Assembly (NCBI GenBank): GCA_034660555.1
Contig: JAYEJL010000143.1
Location: 1 to 38,934, forward strand
DNA: 38,934 nt
Direction of reading: 5' to 3'
Source: Thermotogota bacterium
Lineage (GTDB): Bacteria; Thermotogota; Thermotogae; Petrotogales; Kosmotogaceae
The number at the start of each line of letters is the position of its first letter. Position 1 is the stretch's first letter. The position numbers and the translations under genes are program-made. Below the pieces are notes generated by a model, which saw nothing but the letters and a program-made list of their open reading frames with translations, ran no database searches and had not been told where the DNA came from. Of this stretch, positions 27,733 through 37,917 are shown piece after piece.

Positions 27733-29412
27733 ATGCGCCGTACGGTAATACTGGCGATGCTTGCTTTGCTTCTGATTGTGGGTATGACCTTTGGTCAAAC
27801 CTACGAAAGGAATGAAACACTTTTCGCCGGCGGCGGACTTTGGGGACCGCCGACGAACTGGAATCCCATAACACCGTGGAGTGCTATGACTGGTGTAGTA
27901 GGCCTGGTTTATGAAACATTGTATATGTACAATCCATTTGAAAATGAGCTTGAACCCTGGCTTGCAGTTAACGGAGAATGGCTGGATGAAAATACTTACC
28001 AGCTTGAATTAAGAGAAGGCATCAAATGGACGGATGGAGAAAAGTTCGATGCAGATGATGTAAAGTTTACTTTTGATATTGCAGACAAGTATCCAGGCGT
28101 TCATTACAGCACTATGTGGGAATGGTTGAAGGAAGTCGAGAAAGTGGATGCTTACACATTGAAGTTCCATTTTGAAGAACCTTTATACCACGAATGGTCA
28201 TACAATCTATGGCAGCTTCCAATGATTCCTGAACACATTTGGTCAGAGAAAACGGAGGAAGAAATTCTTTCAGGTGCCAATGAAAATCCTATTGGTACAG
28301 GCTGTTACTTAACAGAATCACATGGTCAGGACAGGCAGATTTTTATCAGAAATGAAAATTGGTGGGCCACTGATCAACTTGGTTTGAAACCTGGACCAAA
28401 AAGGATAGTTTATATAGCCGTTAACAACAACAGTGTGGCATTAGGAATGATACTTAAAGGTGAACTTGACATCAGTAATTTCTTCCTACCTGGAGTACCA
28501 AGATTGGTGCAGGCTTATCCAAATATGCATACATTCTACGATGAACCACCATACATGTTGTCAGATAACACCGCTTTCTTATTCCTGAATACGACCAGGA
28601 AACCTCTAGATGATCCAGAATTTAGGAAAGCTCTTGCCTTTGCTATTAATTCTGATGATATTGCAGAGAGAGTATTCGAAAACCAGGTGTTAACATCGAA
28701 TTCTCTTGGTTATCTACCAATTGATGCATGGATGCAGTATTATGATGAAGAAGTTGTTGATAAATATGGATTCAGTTATGATCCTCCTGAAGCGAGAAGA
28801 ATTCTTGCAAAAGCAGGATATAAGGATATCAATGGAGACAGCTTTCTTGAAGCCCCAGATGGCTCGGAGATAAAGGTTTCTATAATTGTTCCTTTTGGCT
28901 GGACAGACTGGATGGAATCAATCAAGATCATTGCAAGAAATTTCAATGAAATTGGCATTAATGCAGAACCTTTATTCCCTGACTATGGAAGGTACCAGGA
29001 TGAGCTCTATGGCGGAGATTTTGATATGGCGATTAATAACTTCAACTCAAATATCAGTAATACCGTCTGGACACTTTATCACTGGTTATTCTATCCATTA
29101 CGTGAAAGGATGACTTCTGGTAACTTCGGCAGATATGACAATCCAGAGATCGAAGAATTACTCCATGAGTTCAACAGAACTCCTATGGATAAACATGAAG
29201 AGGCGCAGGAAATTCTCTCACAGGTTCAGGAAATATTCCTGAAGGATATGCCATCAATTCCTTTATGGTACAACGGTATGTGGTTCCAGGCTAGCACTGA
29301 TGTATGGACAAATTGGCCATCAGAAGATGGACCGGTAAGTTATCCAACTACATGGGCAGGCAAATGGCAGCTTGGTGGAGTTTACATGCTTTGTGATCTT
29401 GAAGCAAAATAA
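27733..29412 (+). CDS. ABC transporter substrate-binding protein (OppA/family 5, oligosaccharide-binding type)
   Basis: Signal peptide; YERNETLFAGGGLWGPPTNWNP, LEPWLA, WTDGEKFDADDV, VPFGWTDWME; resembles Thermotoga beta-glycoside-binding proteins. Confidence 0.9.
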   Translation: MRRTVILAMLALLLIVGMTFGQTYERNETLFAGGGLWGPPTNWNPITPWSAMTGVVGLVYETLYMYNPFENELEPWLAVNGEWLDENTYQLELREGIKWTDGEKFDADDVKFTFDIADKYPGVHYSTMWEWLKEVEKVDAYTLKFHFEEPLYHEWSYNLWQLPMIPEHIWSEKTEEEILSGANENPIGTGCYLTESHGQDRQIFIRNENWWATDQLGLKPGPKRIVYIAVNNNSVALGMILKGELDISNFFLPGVPRLVQAYPNMHTFYDEPPYMLSDNTAFLFLNTTRKPLDDPEFRKALAFAINSDDIAERVFENQVLTSNSLGYLPIDAWMQYYDEEVVDKYGFSYDPPEARRILAKAGYKDINGDSFLEAPDGSEIKVSIIVPFGWTDWMESIKIIARNFNEIGINAEPLFPDYGRYQDELYGGDFDMAINNFNSNISNTVWTLYHWLFYPLRERMTSGNFGRYDNPEIEELLHEFNRTPMDKHEEAQEILSQVQEIFLKDMPSIPLWYNGMWFQASTDVWTNWPSEDGPVSYPTTWAGKWQLGGVYMLCDLEAK

Positions 29413-29428
29413 GCTTTTCTTGATGCTT

Positions 29429-29456
29429 CGCCCCTCCAATTGGGGGGGCGTTTTTT
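29429..29456 (+). terminator. Intra-operon terminator-like stem-loop after the SBP gene
   Basis: CGCCCCTCC-aatt-GGGGGGGCG-TTTTTT. Confidence 0.75.
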
Positions 29457-29483
29457 CTAAGTCATTTTTTAGGAGGATATGCT

Positions 29484-30476
29484 GTGAATCGATACTTTAG
29501 GAGAAAGCTATTTATTTATATTCTAACCTTCGTATTTGCTGTAAGTATTGATTGGTTAATACCTCGATTTATGCCTGGAAATCCCATTCAGAATCTTTTG
29601 TCGAGAGTCTCGGTGCGAGCTGAAGCGGCTGAAGTTATGTATGGTTATCTTACGAAAGCTTTTGGACTTGATCAACCGCTATGGAAACAGTATTTGAATT
29701 TCTGGAATGCTCTGTTTCATGGCGATCTCGGGACAAGTGTTTATTTATTTCCGGAACCCGTGATGAAAGTAATTATGAATGCTGTTCCTTACGACATCCT
29801 TCTTTTAGTTCCAGCAATAATGCTTAGTTGGATTACGGGCAACAAGTTTGGTGCCTTTGCAGCTCGAACCAAGAAACTTGACAACACAGTTCTACCTATA
29901 TGGTATGTGCTTACTGCTACTCCTTATATGTGGCTTGGTATTATCCTTGCATGGTCATTTGGTGTTGTGCTTGATATATTTCCTATTGCTGGAGCATACA
30001 GTTACGCTATTTCACCTGCGTTTACATGGGAGTTTATCTGGGACTTTATAAAACACTGGTTCTTACCTTTTGCTTCTCTATTTTTAGTCCAATTTGGTGG
30101 TTGGGCCATTGGAATGAGAAATATGATTATCTATGAGCTGGAAGCTGATTATTCTCATTATCTTGAAGCTCTAGGTGCTCCAAGAAAATTGGTAAGAAAA
30201 TATGCTTTTAGAAATGCAATGCTCCCTCAGATAACAGGATTAGCTTTGCAGCTTGGAGTGATAGTTGCAGGAGCACTTGCCACTGAAATTGTGTTCTCCT
30301 ATCCGGGAATTGGTTATCTATTACTTCAAGCAATACAGTATCAAGACTATTTCTTGATACAAGGATGTTTTCTATTCATTATTATAGGTGTATTACTTGC
30401 TAATTTCGCGATTGATGTGATTTATGTCCTTGTTGATCCCAGAACACGTAAAGGTATGGAAGGTGGGGCACAATGA
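29484..30476 (+). CDS. ABC permease (OppB/DppB-like)
   Basis: PRFMPGNP, GDLGTS, FRNAMLPQ, EIVFSYPGIG. Confidence 0.92.
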   Translation: MNRYFRRKLFIYILTFVFAVSIDWLIPRFMPGNPIQNLLSRVSVRAEAAEVMYGYLTKAFGLDQPLWKQYLNFWNALFHGDLGTSVYLFPEPVMKVIMNAVPYDILLLVPAIMLSWITGNKFGAFAARTKKLDNTVLPIWYVLTATPYMWLGIILAWSFGVVLDIFPIAGAYSYAISPAFTWEFIWDFIKHWFLPFASLFLVQFGGWAIGMRNMIIYELEADYSHYLEALGAPRKLVRKYAFRNAMLPQITGLALQLGVIVAGALATEIVFSYPGIGYLLLQAIQYQDYFLIQGCFLFIIIGVLLANFAIDVIYVLVDPRTRKGMEGGAQ

Positions 30477-31363
30477 AAGAAAAAGACAAAAAATTAGAAA
30501 ATAAAGTCAAGAAGCCAAAGAAGAAAAATGAGATATTATATTTTGCCCTTAGAAATAAAAGGTTACAGGTTGGACTTTTCATATTGTTGTTTTTCGTAGT
30601 TTTAACGTTTGTTGGACCAATGTTAACTGACTATGATCCCCAGGATAATGTGGGACCTGGTTATATGTCGCCATCAAAAGAGCACTGGCTAGGAACAACC
30701 ACTTTTGGTCAGGACGTTTTTACACAGGTTGTGTATGGCCTCAAGGCGACCTTTATGGTGGGAATCGTTGGAGGTGGATTGGGTACACTTATTGGTATTT
30801 TTGTAGGGTTCGTTGCAGGCTATCGTGGTGGAATTATAGATGAAATACTTAATATGTTGACAAATATTGTTACGGTAATTCCAACTCTGGCTTTGCTTTT
30901 AATTCTTGCAGCATACCTTCCTTATAGAGGGGTGTTTATAGAAAGCATTTTCATAGGATTAACTGCCTGGCCCTGGGCAGCAAGAGCCATTAGAGCTCAG
31001 ACATTTTCATTGAGAGAAAGGGAATTTGTAGATCTTGCCAGAATGAGTGGAAAAAAGCCTCTGAACATAATCTTTACCGAAATAGCACCAAATATGATGT
31101 CTTATTTGTTTATGACATTTATACTTCAGTTTGGTGGCGCGATACTGGCTGCTGTAACATTAGATTTCATCGGATTGGGACCAACAAAGGGTATTTCTCT
31201 TGGATTAATTATGCAGAATGCAGTTTTGTGGAATGCGATTCAACTTGGAATGTGGTGGTGGGCTATACCTCCTGGATTAGTTATTACAGCTATCGTTGCT
31301 TCGCTCTATATAATGAACGTGGGTCTTGATGAAGTTTTCAATCCTAAACTCAGGGAGATGTGA
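30473..31363 (+). CDS. ABC permease (OppC/DppC-like)
   Basis: HWLGTTTFGQD, REREFVDLARMSG, WWWAIPPG. Confidence 0.92.
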   Translation: MKEKDKKLENKVKKPKKKNEILYFALRNKRLQVGLFILLFFVVLTFVGPMLTDYDPQDNVGPGYMSPSKEHWLGTTTFGQDVFTQVVYGLKATFMVGIVGGGLGTLIGIFVGFVAGYRGGIIDEILNMLTNIVTVIPTLALLLILAAYLPYRGVFIESIFIGLTAWPWAARAIRAQTFSLREREFVDLARMSGKKPLNIIFTEIAPNMMSYLFMTFILQFGGAILAAVTLDFIGLGPTKGISLGLIMQNAVLWNAIQLGMWWWAIPPGLVITAIVASLYIMNVGLDEVFNPKLREM

Positions 31364-31367
31364 GAAG

Positions 31368-32330
31368 ATGGCCCTTGATATAAAAAATCTCAGAGCATAC
31401 TACCAAACACTAAAAGGTGATGTAAAAGCTCTTGATGGAGCCACATTTACTGTTGAAGATGGAGAAATAATGGGACTTGCAGGAGAATCTGGCTGTGGCA
31501 AATCAACATTGAGTAACACAATGATATTGCTCAAGCCTCCATTACGTTATGTTGAAGGAGAAGTATCCCTTGACGGTGATATCCTTCCAATCTGGAATAT
31601 GAAAAAGATGAACAAATATAGGTTTAAGGAGATTTCTATTATTCCACAATACGCAATGAATGCTATGAATCCTACAAGAAAAATAGGCAAGATGATCTCT
31701 GAACTGGTCGAATCTAGAGGAACAAGATTTAGAAAAATTAAGAATGAGCTAAAGAGAAGACTTGATCTTGTAGAGTTAAAGGACGATGTGCTTGATATGT
31801 ATCCTATTGAATTATCAGGTGGTATGAAGCAGAGGATGGTCATGGTCCTTTCAACATTGATGAATCCTTCACTTTTAATTGCGGATGAAATTACTTCGGC
31901 ACTAGACGTCTCAACACAGAAAGCTGTAGCTGAAATGCTAGTGGAATTTAGAGATAGGGGTATTGTAAAAAGTTTGATTTTTGTTACCCATGATATTTCG
32001 ATACTTTATCAAATTGCAGATAGCATTATGATTATGTATGCGGGAAAACTAGTAGAAAAAGCTTCAACTGAAATCATTGTGAATAATGCGAAGCATCCAT
32101 ATACGAAGTTGCTAATCTCATCATTACCAGATGTGGGTGTTAAATTTTCAGAAAAAAGACTGACTGGTATACCTGGAAAGCCTCCACATCTTTTAAATCC
32201 TCCGACAGGATGTCGATTTAGGGAACGTTGCCCTGTGGCATATGAAAAATGTCTTGAGGAACCACCTTTTCTCGAGGTAGAAAAAGGACATTTTGTTGCC
32301 TGCTGGAAGGAGTTTGAGAAAAATGCTTGA
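31368..32330 (+). CDS. ABC ATPase (OppD-like)
   Basis: GESGCGKS, LSGGMKQR, ADE, HPYT, C-terminal CRF..RC..C..C. Confidence 0.93.
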   Translation: MALDIKNLRAYYQTLKGDVKALDGATFTVEDGEIMGLAGESGCGKSTLSNTMILLKPPLRYVEGEVSLDGDILPIWNMKKMNKYRFKEISIIPQYAMNAMNPTRKIGKMISELVESRGTRFRKIKNELKRRLDLVELKDDVLDMYPIELSGGMKQRMVMVLSTLMNPSLLIADEITSALDVSTQKAVAEMLVEFRDRGIVKSLIFVTHDISILYQIADSIMIMYAGKLVEKASTEIIVNNAKHPYTKLLISSLPDVGVKFSEKRLTGIPGKPPHLLNPPTGCRFRERCPVAYEKCLEEPPFLEVEKGHFVACWKEFEKNA

Positions 32331-33270
32331 ACTCGATAAAGTTTCAAAAGTATATAAAACAGGAGCTTTTGGAGGCAATAAGCTGGTTGCTGTGAATAAT
32401 GTCAGTTTTTCGCTAAAAGAAGGAGAAGTGGCCTCGCTCATTGGAGAAAGCGGAAGTGGAAAGAGTACCATCGGTAAGATGATTTTGCGATTAATTTCCA
32501 TCGATTCAGGAACGATTAAATATAACGGAAAGAATATTAATACTTTGAAAGGGAATGATCTTAAAGAATACTATAGAAACGTTCAGGGTGTTTTTCAAGA
32601 TCCTTTTAGTACTTATAATCCAATTTTCAAAGCTGATAGAATTTTCAGGATAATTAGAGAAGAGTTCTTTCCTGAAATAAACTCGAAAGAATGGAACAAA
32701 AGAATTGAAAAAGCGCTCTATGATGTTGGCTTAAATCCTGGGGATGTGTTAAACAAATTTCCTCATCAACTAAGCGGAGGACAACTTCAGAGATTCTTGA
32801 TAGCACGTGCACTTCTACTTGATGTAGATTTCTTGGTTGCAGATGAAATTATAAGTATGCTTGATGCCTCTACAAGAATAGATGTATTGAATCTACTTGG
32901 CGAATTAAAGAAAAAGGGACTTTCTATTCTGTTCATTACTCACGACCTTTCACTTGGTTATTACATTAGCGAGAAAGCCATTATTTTATATAGAGGATGC
33001 GTTCTTGAGTCGGGAGTAACAGAAAAGATTTTTAATAATCCGCTTCATCCCTATACCCGAATGTTAATGGCTTCCGTTCCAAGACTTGATAAAAAATGGG
33101 AAAAAGTTGAATTGGAGCTTAAGGCGAAACAAGCGGAAACAGAAAATAAATGTGTTTACTACGATCGCTGCCCGTTTAAGAATAAAGATAGCGGATGTAA
33201 TAACCCCGAGATGGTAGAAGCTGAAGAAGAGCATTTTGTGGCATGCTGTCATTATGGGGAGGTTAACTAA
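32323..33270 (+). CDS. ABC ATPase (OppF-like)
   Basis: GESGSGKS, LSGGQLQR, ADE, HPYT. Confidence 0.93.
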   Translation: MLELDKVSKVYKTGAFGGNKLVAVNNVSFSLKEGEVASLIGESGSGKSTIGKMILRLISIDSGTIKYNGKNINTLKGNDLKEYYRNVQGVFQDPFSTYNPIFKADRIFRIIREEFFPEINSKEWNKRIEKALYDVGLNPGDVLNKFPHQLSGGQLQRFLIARALLLDVDFLVADEIISMLDASTRIDVLNLLGELKKKGLSILFITHDLSLGYYISEKAIILYRGCVLESGVTEKIFNNPLHPYTRMLMASVPRLDKKWEKVELELKAKQAETENKCVYYDRCPFKNKDSGCNNPEMVEAEEEHFVACCHYGEVN

Positions 33271-33271
33271 A

Positions 33272-34636
33272 ATGTTCAGGGATAATTTTCTTCTGGGAGC
33301 TTCTTTATCGGGGTTTCAGTTCGAAATGGGTAGAAATATTGCCGACAAAAAAAACGATTGGTATGTCTGGGCGAAAAACGACCTGAATGCATTTAGTGGG
33401 ATGTTGAGTGGGGATGATCCTGAATGCGGTCCTGATTATTGGGAAAATTATGAAAAGTTTCATCAGCTGGCAGTTGAAGCTGGAATGAATGCTTTAAGAA
33501 TTGGAGTAGAGTGGTCAAGGATTTTTCCTGAAAAGACATATGGATTAACTGGCGAAAAGTTATCTGAGATAGCCAACTACGAGGCTGTTAATCATTATAA
33601 AAAGATAATGAAAGACATAAAGGAAAAAGGTATGAAATTAATGGTAAACCTTAATCATTTTACACTTCCTTTGTGGGCTCACGATCCATTGGCTGTCAAC
33701 AGAAAAATGGATTTCACCTCTCCTGGATGGACAGATAGTACAATAGTTCGGGAATTTTCAAAGTATGCGACATTTGTTGTGGAACAATTTGATGATCTTG
33801 TTGATTATTGGTCAACTTTGAATGAACCCAATGTTGTTGCCAATCTGGGTTATCTGAATAACAATTCAGGTTTTCCTCCTTCGATTGTGGCTCCTGATTT
33901 ATGGTCTAAAGCTATGGATAATCAGATAGAGGCACATATAAAAGCCTATAATGCAATGAAAAATAAAACAGATAAACCTGTTGGTCTGATATACGCCACT
34001 ATATGGTTCGATGGTGATGAGACAGCTACAGAGGCCTTTAAATTTAACAATTACTACTTCCTTGATAGTGTAAATGAATACTGTGATTTTCTCGGAATCA
34101 ATTACTACACCAGAATGGTTGTGAAGAGACGAAATGAACCTATAAAAATCGGAAATATGGAAATACAGTGGGATTCATTACCTGGTTATGGTTACAGTTG
34201 TCAACCAAATGGCTTTTCCAGAGATGGAAGAATTACTACTGATAATGGCTGGGAAATTTATCCAGAAGGATTGGAAAAGATAATCATAAATTTTAATGAA
34301 AGATACAACAAAAAGCTCTTTATTACAGAAAATGGTGTTGCTGATTCTTTAGATAGATACAGAACTTATTACTTGTTGACTCATCTTGATGTCGTAGAAA
34401 GACTGGCAGAAAAGTGCAATATAGAAGGATACTTCCATTGGTCTTTGACCGATAACTTTGAATGGCCGGAAGGATATTCAAAACGATTTGGACTGATTTA
34501 TGTAGATTATGAAAATAAACATTTTATTCCAAGACCAAGTTACTATGTTTTTAGAGAAATAGCAAAAAATAAGAGTATAATACAGTTTAAAGGACTTTTA
34601 GATTTATTCAAGCGTGAAAATACCAATAATAAATGA
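33272..34636 (+). CDS. GH1 beta-glycosidase (beta-mannosidase/beta-glucosidase)
   Basis: SGFQFEMG, RIGVEWSRIFP, NHFTLPLW, NEP acid/base, ITENG nucleophile, DNFEW; ATG 33272 after GGAGG. Confidence 0.9.
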   Translation: MFRDNFLLGASLSGFQFEMGRNIADKKNDWYVWAKNDLNAFSGMLSGDDPECGPDYWENYEKFHQLAVEAGMNALRIGVEWSRIFPEKTYGLTGEKLSEIANYEAVNHYKKIMKDIKEKGMKLMVNLNHFTLPLWAHDPLAVNRKMDFTSPGWTDSTIVREFSKYATFVVEQFDDLVDYWSTLNEPNVVANLGYLNNNSGFPPSIVAPDLWSKAMDNQIEAHIKAYNAMKNKTDKPVGLIYATIWFDGDETATEAFKFNNYYFLDSVNEYCDFLGINYYTRMVVKRRNEPIKIGNMEIQWDSLPGYGYSCQPNGFSRDGRITTDNGWEIYPEGLEKIIINFNERYNKKLFITENGVADSLDRYRTYYLLTHLDVVERLAEKCNIEGYFHWSLTDNFEWPEGYSKRFGLIYVDYENKHFIPRPSYYVFREIAKNKSIIQFKGLLDLFKRENTNNK

Positions 34637-34650
34637 ATCAAGGTGATTTT

Positions 34651-35655
34651 ATGGTAACCGTAAGAGATATAGCAGAGAAAACAGGCGTTTCCATTGCCAC
34701 TGTTTCAAGAGTAATAAATGGTAGCAAAAGTGTAGCTGAGGAAACCAGGAAAAAAGTGCTTAAAGCAATTAAAGAACTTGAGTATAAACCCAGGCCCCGT
34801 TTTGGCGAAAACGGGACCCTTCTAAAAACACTTGGGGTTATTGTTCCAAATATTAGAGCTTATCATTATCCCCAGATACTCACTGGAATATACGAAGCCT
34901 CTTTTAGTAACGATTTTGACGTTATGATCGCACTGGCCAAAGATAAACCGATTCGAGAAAGAGAGATCCTTGACGAATACTTCAACAGGAAGGTTGATGG
35001 CATTCTTGTTTGTACTTTAAAATGTGAGGAACATTACATAGATCGTTTTATTGAAAGTGGAATACCCGTAGTTGCGGTGGATTATCCGTTAGAAGAGGTA
35101 AGAATTGATTCTGTAAATATTGATAATGTCATGGGCGCATACAGTGCATTGAGGTATTTATATAACAAAGGACACAGAGACGTTTATTATATCAGAGGTG
35201 CACCAAATGTTTATGCTTCTAGGGACAGAGAATACGGATTAAAGAAATTTCTCCGACGGCATAAGGATGTGGAAGTTACAATGAGTCAGGCAGCAGGTTT
35301 TGAAGCGGAACATGGGTATGCTGCTATTTTGGAAAATAAATCTAATATTAAGAAGTTTTCAGCCATATTTTGTAGCAACGATTATGTTGCCATGGGTTCT
35401 ATGAGAGGTTTGCATGAACTTGGTTTAGAAGTCCCAGCTGATATCTCAGTAATGGGTTTTGATGATGCCCCCTTTGCACCCTATACTGTTCCATCTTTGA
35501 CCACAGTATTTCAACCGAGAACAGAAATGGGAACTATTGCTGCCCAGCTTCTTGTAGATCGATTGAATACGGGTAAGAAAAGTGTTTTCAAAAATGTGGT
35601 TTTACCAACAAGGGTAGTAGAGAGAAAAACTGTAAGAGAACTTAATAAAAATTAA
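34651..35655 (+). CDS. LacI-family transcriptional regulator
   Basis: TVRDIAEKTGVSIATVSRVIN HTH, CSNDYVAMG, VMGFDD, LTTV. Confidence 0.93.
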   Translation: MVTVRDIAEKTGVSIATVSRVINGSKSVAEETRKKVLKAIKELEYKPRPRFGENGTLLKTLGVIVPNIRAYHYPQILTGIYEASFSNDFDVMIALAKDKPIREREILDEYFNRKVDGILVCTLKCEEHYIDRFIESGIPVVAVDYPLEEVRIDSVNIDNVMGAYSALRYLYNKGHRDVYYIRGAPNVYASRDREYGLKKFLRRHKDVEVTMSQAAGFEAEHGYAAILENKSNIKKFSAIFCSNDYVAMGSMRGLHELGLEVPADISVMGFDDAPFAPYTVPSLTTVFQPRTEMGTIAAQLLVDRLNTGKKSVFKNVVLPTRVVERKTVRELNKN

Positions 35656-35690
35656 ATGAACTATATGTATAAAAGGGATGATTATTTAAT

Positions 35691-36674
35691 ATGAGTGGGA
35701 GACAAATGTTAGGAGAACCATTACCAAATATTCCCTGGGAAGACAGACCAAGGGAATTATCTGAAGTTATTTGGCGATACTCAGGAAATCCTATTATAGA
35801 TAGAAATGCTGTAAAAAACACGAACAGTATTTTTAACAGTGCGGTAGTTCCATTTAAAGATGGTTTTGCTGGTGTATTTAGATGCGACAATACAGCCAGA
35901 GATATGCAGTTACACTCGGGTGTTAGCAAGAATGGTATTGATTGGAACATTGAACAGGAACGAATCAATTTTGTTTCTGAGAATGAAGAAATTGGCAAGT
36001 TCGAGTATGCATATGATCCGCGCGTTTGCTGGCTAGAAGATAGATATTATATTACGTGGTGTAATGGTTATCATGGTCCCACAATTGGTGTTGGTTATAC
36101 TAATGATTTCAAGAGGTTTTACCAAAAAGAAAATGCTTTTTTACCATATAACAGGAATGGTGTACTTTTTCCACGAAAAATAAATGGCAAATATGCAATG
36201 CTTAGTAGACCAAGTGACACGGGGCATACACCATTTGGAGATGTTTTCTACAGTGAGAGTCACGATTTAGTTCACTGGGGATGTCATAGACATGTTATGG
36301 CCCCGGCTGATGGCTGGCAATCGACCAAGGTAGGTGCTGGCCCGACTCCAATAGAAACAACAGAAGGCTGGCTTATGATTTATCATGGTGTTCTTACTTC
36401 GTGTAACGGCTTTGTTTACAGTTTTGGAGCAGCTTTACTTGATCTCGAGAAACCCTGGGAAGTGATCTATAGGGCGAAGCCCTATCTGCTTAATCCAAGA
36501 GAGGATTACGAGTGTGTGGGCGATGTACCGAATGTTGTATTCCCATGTGCGGCACTTGTTGACCCTCCATCAGATAAAATTGCGATTTATTATGGTGGAG
36601 CAGATACGGTAACCTGTATTGCTTTTTCGAAATTTAATGAATTAATGGATTTCATTATCAATAATAGTTGCTGA
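35691..36674 (+). CDS. GH130 beta-mannoside phosphorylase (subfamily-2-like)
   Basis: [63 protein letters not shown]. Confidence 0.9.
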   Translation: MSGRQMLGEPLPNIPWEDRPRELSEVIWRYSGNPIIDRNAVKNTNSIFNSAVVPFKDGFAGVFRCDNTARDMQLHSGVSKNGIDWNIEQERINFVSENEEIGKFEYAYDPRVCWLEDRYYITWCNGYHGPTIGVGYTNDFKRFYQKENAFLPYNRNGVLFPRKINGKYAMLSRPSDTGHTPFGDVFYSESHDLVHWGCHRHVMAPADGWQSTKVGAGPTPIETTEGWLMIYHGVLTSCNGFVYSFGAALLDLEKPWEVIYRAKPYLLNPREDYECVGDVPNVVFPCAALVDPPSDKIAIYYGGADTVTCIAFSKFNELMDFIINNSC

Positions 36675-36715
36675 TTAACAGTTTCACAAAATTCCTCCTT
36701 TTTTTATTATCATTT

Positions 36716-36741
36716 AAGTGACGAGAAATCGTCACTTTTTT
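36716..36741 (+). terminator. Intrinsic terminator after GH130
   Basis: AAGTGACGA-GAAA-TCGTCACTT-TTTT. Confidence 0.8.
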
Positions 36742-36783
36742 ATGGGGGTTATAATTAAGCAAAGAGGAAGGAGATGAATAAAC

Positions 36784-37899
36784 ATGGACATCAGGAAATG
36801 TTTTGAAGAACGAATAAATAAACTAAAAGAAATAATTCTTAAGAACAGATCGAAAGCCCTTTTATTAAGTAAAACGGATAATTTCTCCTGGCTAACCTTT
36901 GGTGCAAGAGGTCATATTACTCTTGATATGAATGAGAGTGTTGCATCTATACTCATTAATCCAAATAAGCCATATTTTCTGGTAGATAACATTGAGAAAG
37001 AACGATTATTTGAAGAAGAAGTACCTGAAGAATTGCATGATTATTTTGAAATCATTGTCTATGATTGGTGGGAAGGTGAATACACAGCTTTAAATAAAAT
37101 TACATCCTTTGATCATTTAATTTCAGATACCGGTCGTTATGGAACAAAAAATGTTTACGAAGAGATTTCTCCTATGAGATACATTCTCTCAGAAATAGAA
37201 ATAGATAACTATAAAAAACTAGGGTCAACCTGCGACAGAATCTTATATGAAGAAATGCAGTTGATAACACCTGAAATGACTGAATTGAGAATCCAGGGAA
37301 AAATCTATTCACGATTGGCCAGAGAAGGAATAGAACCACTACTTACAATAGTTTTTGGCGATGAAAGTTCAAATCTATACAGACATAACCTGTCGAGAGA
37401 GGTTCCGGTTGGAAGAAAAGTGTTTGTAAGCATTTGTGCAAGAAAGAAGGGACTAATTCTTTCAACAACAAGAAGTGTATTGTTTGAAAACGACGAGAAA
37501 ATAATTAACCAGCACAGAAATAACTGTTATGTCGATTCTGTGGCTATATCAGGCTCACGGCCGGGTAAAAAACTTGGTGATGTCTTTAAAGATGTAATCT
37601 CTGCTTATAAAAATATAGGAAGAAACGATGAATGGAAGCTTCATCACCAGGGAGGTCTGGCAGGTTATAACTCAAGAGAAATTAAAGCTACTCCAAATAA
37701 CGAGTATGAGCTTATGGAAAACAATGCAATTGCATGGAATCCAACAATAACGGGAACTAAATCAGAGGACACCGCCATCATAGAGAAAAATGATATCGAT
37801 ATAATTTCTTATCCGCAAGAAACCCGATGGCCATGTATAGATTTCAATGTTAACGGTATGACAATACGTCGCCCGGATATAATGGTTATAAAGAAATAA
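36784..37899 (+). CDS. M24-fold protein with a non-canonical active site
   Basis: Creatinase-like N-domain (NFSWLT.G), YRH, HHQGG, AWNPTITGTKSEDT. Confidence 0.8.
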   Translation: MDIRKCFEERINKLKEIILKNRSKALLLSKTDNFSWLTFGARGHITLDMNESVASILINPNKPYFLVDNIEKERLFEEEVPEELHDYFEIIVYDWWEGEYTALNKITSFDHLISDTGRYGTKNVYEEISPMRYILSEIEIDNYKKLGSTCDRILYEEMQLITPEMTELRIQGKIYSRLAREGIEPLLTIVFGDESSNLYRHNLSREVPVGRKVFVSICARKKGLILSTTRSVLFENDEKIINQHRNNCYVDSVAISGSRPGKKLGDVFKDVISAYKNIGRNDEWKLHHQGGLAGYNSREIKATPNNEYELMENNAIAWNPTITGTKSEDTAIIEKNDIDIISYPQETRWPCIDFNVNGMTIRRPDIMVIKK

Positions 37900-37917
37900 T
37901 TATTTAATTTATGTAAC

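Noticed and set aside
36658..36700. Minus-strand mini-[12 protein letters not shown] with AAGGAGG SD (or anti-SD for the next gene)
   Set aside because: Only 9 codons, overlaps the GH130 stop, no other support
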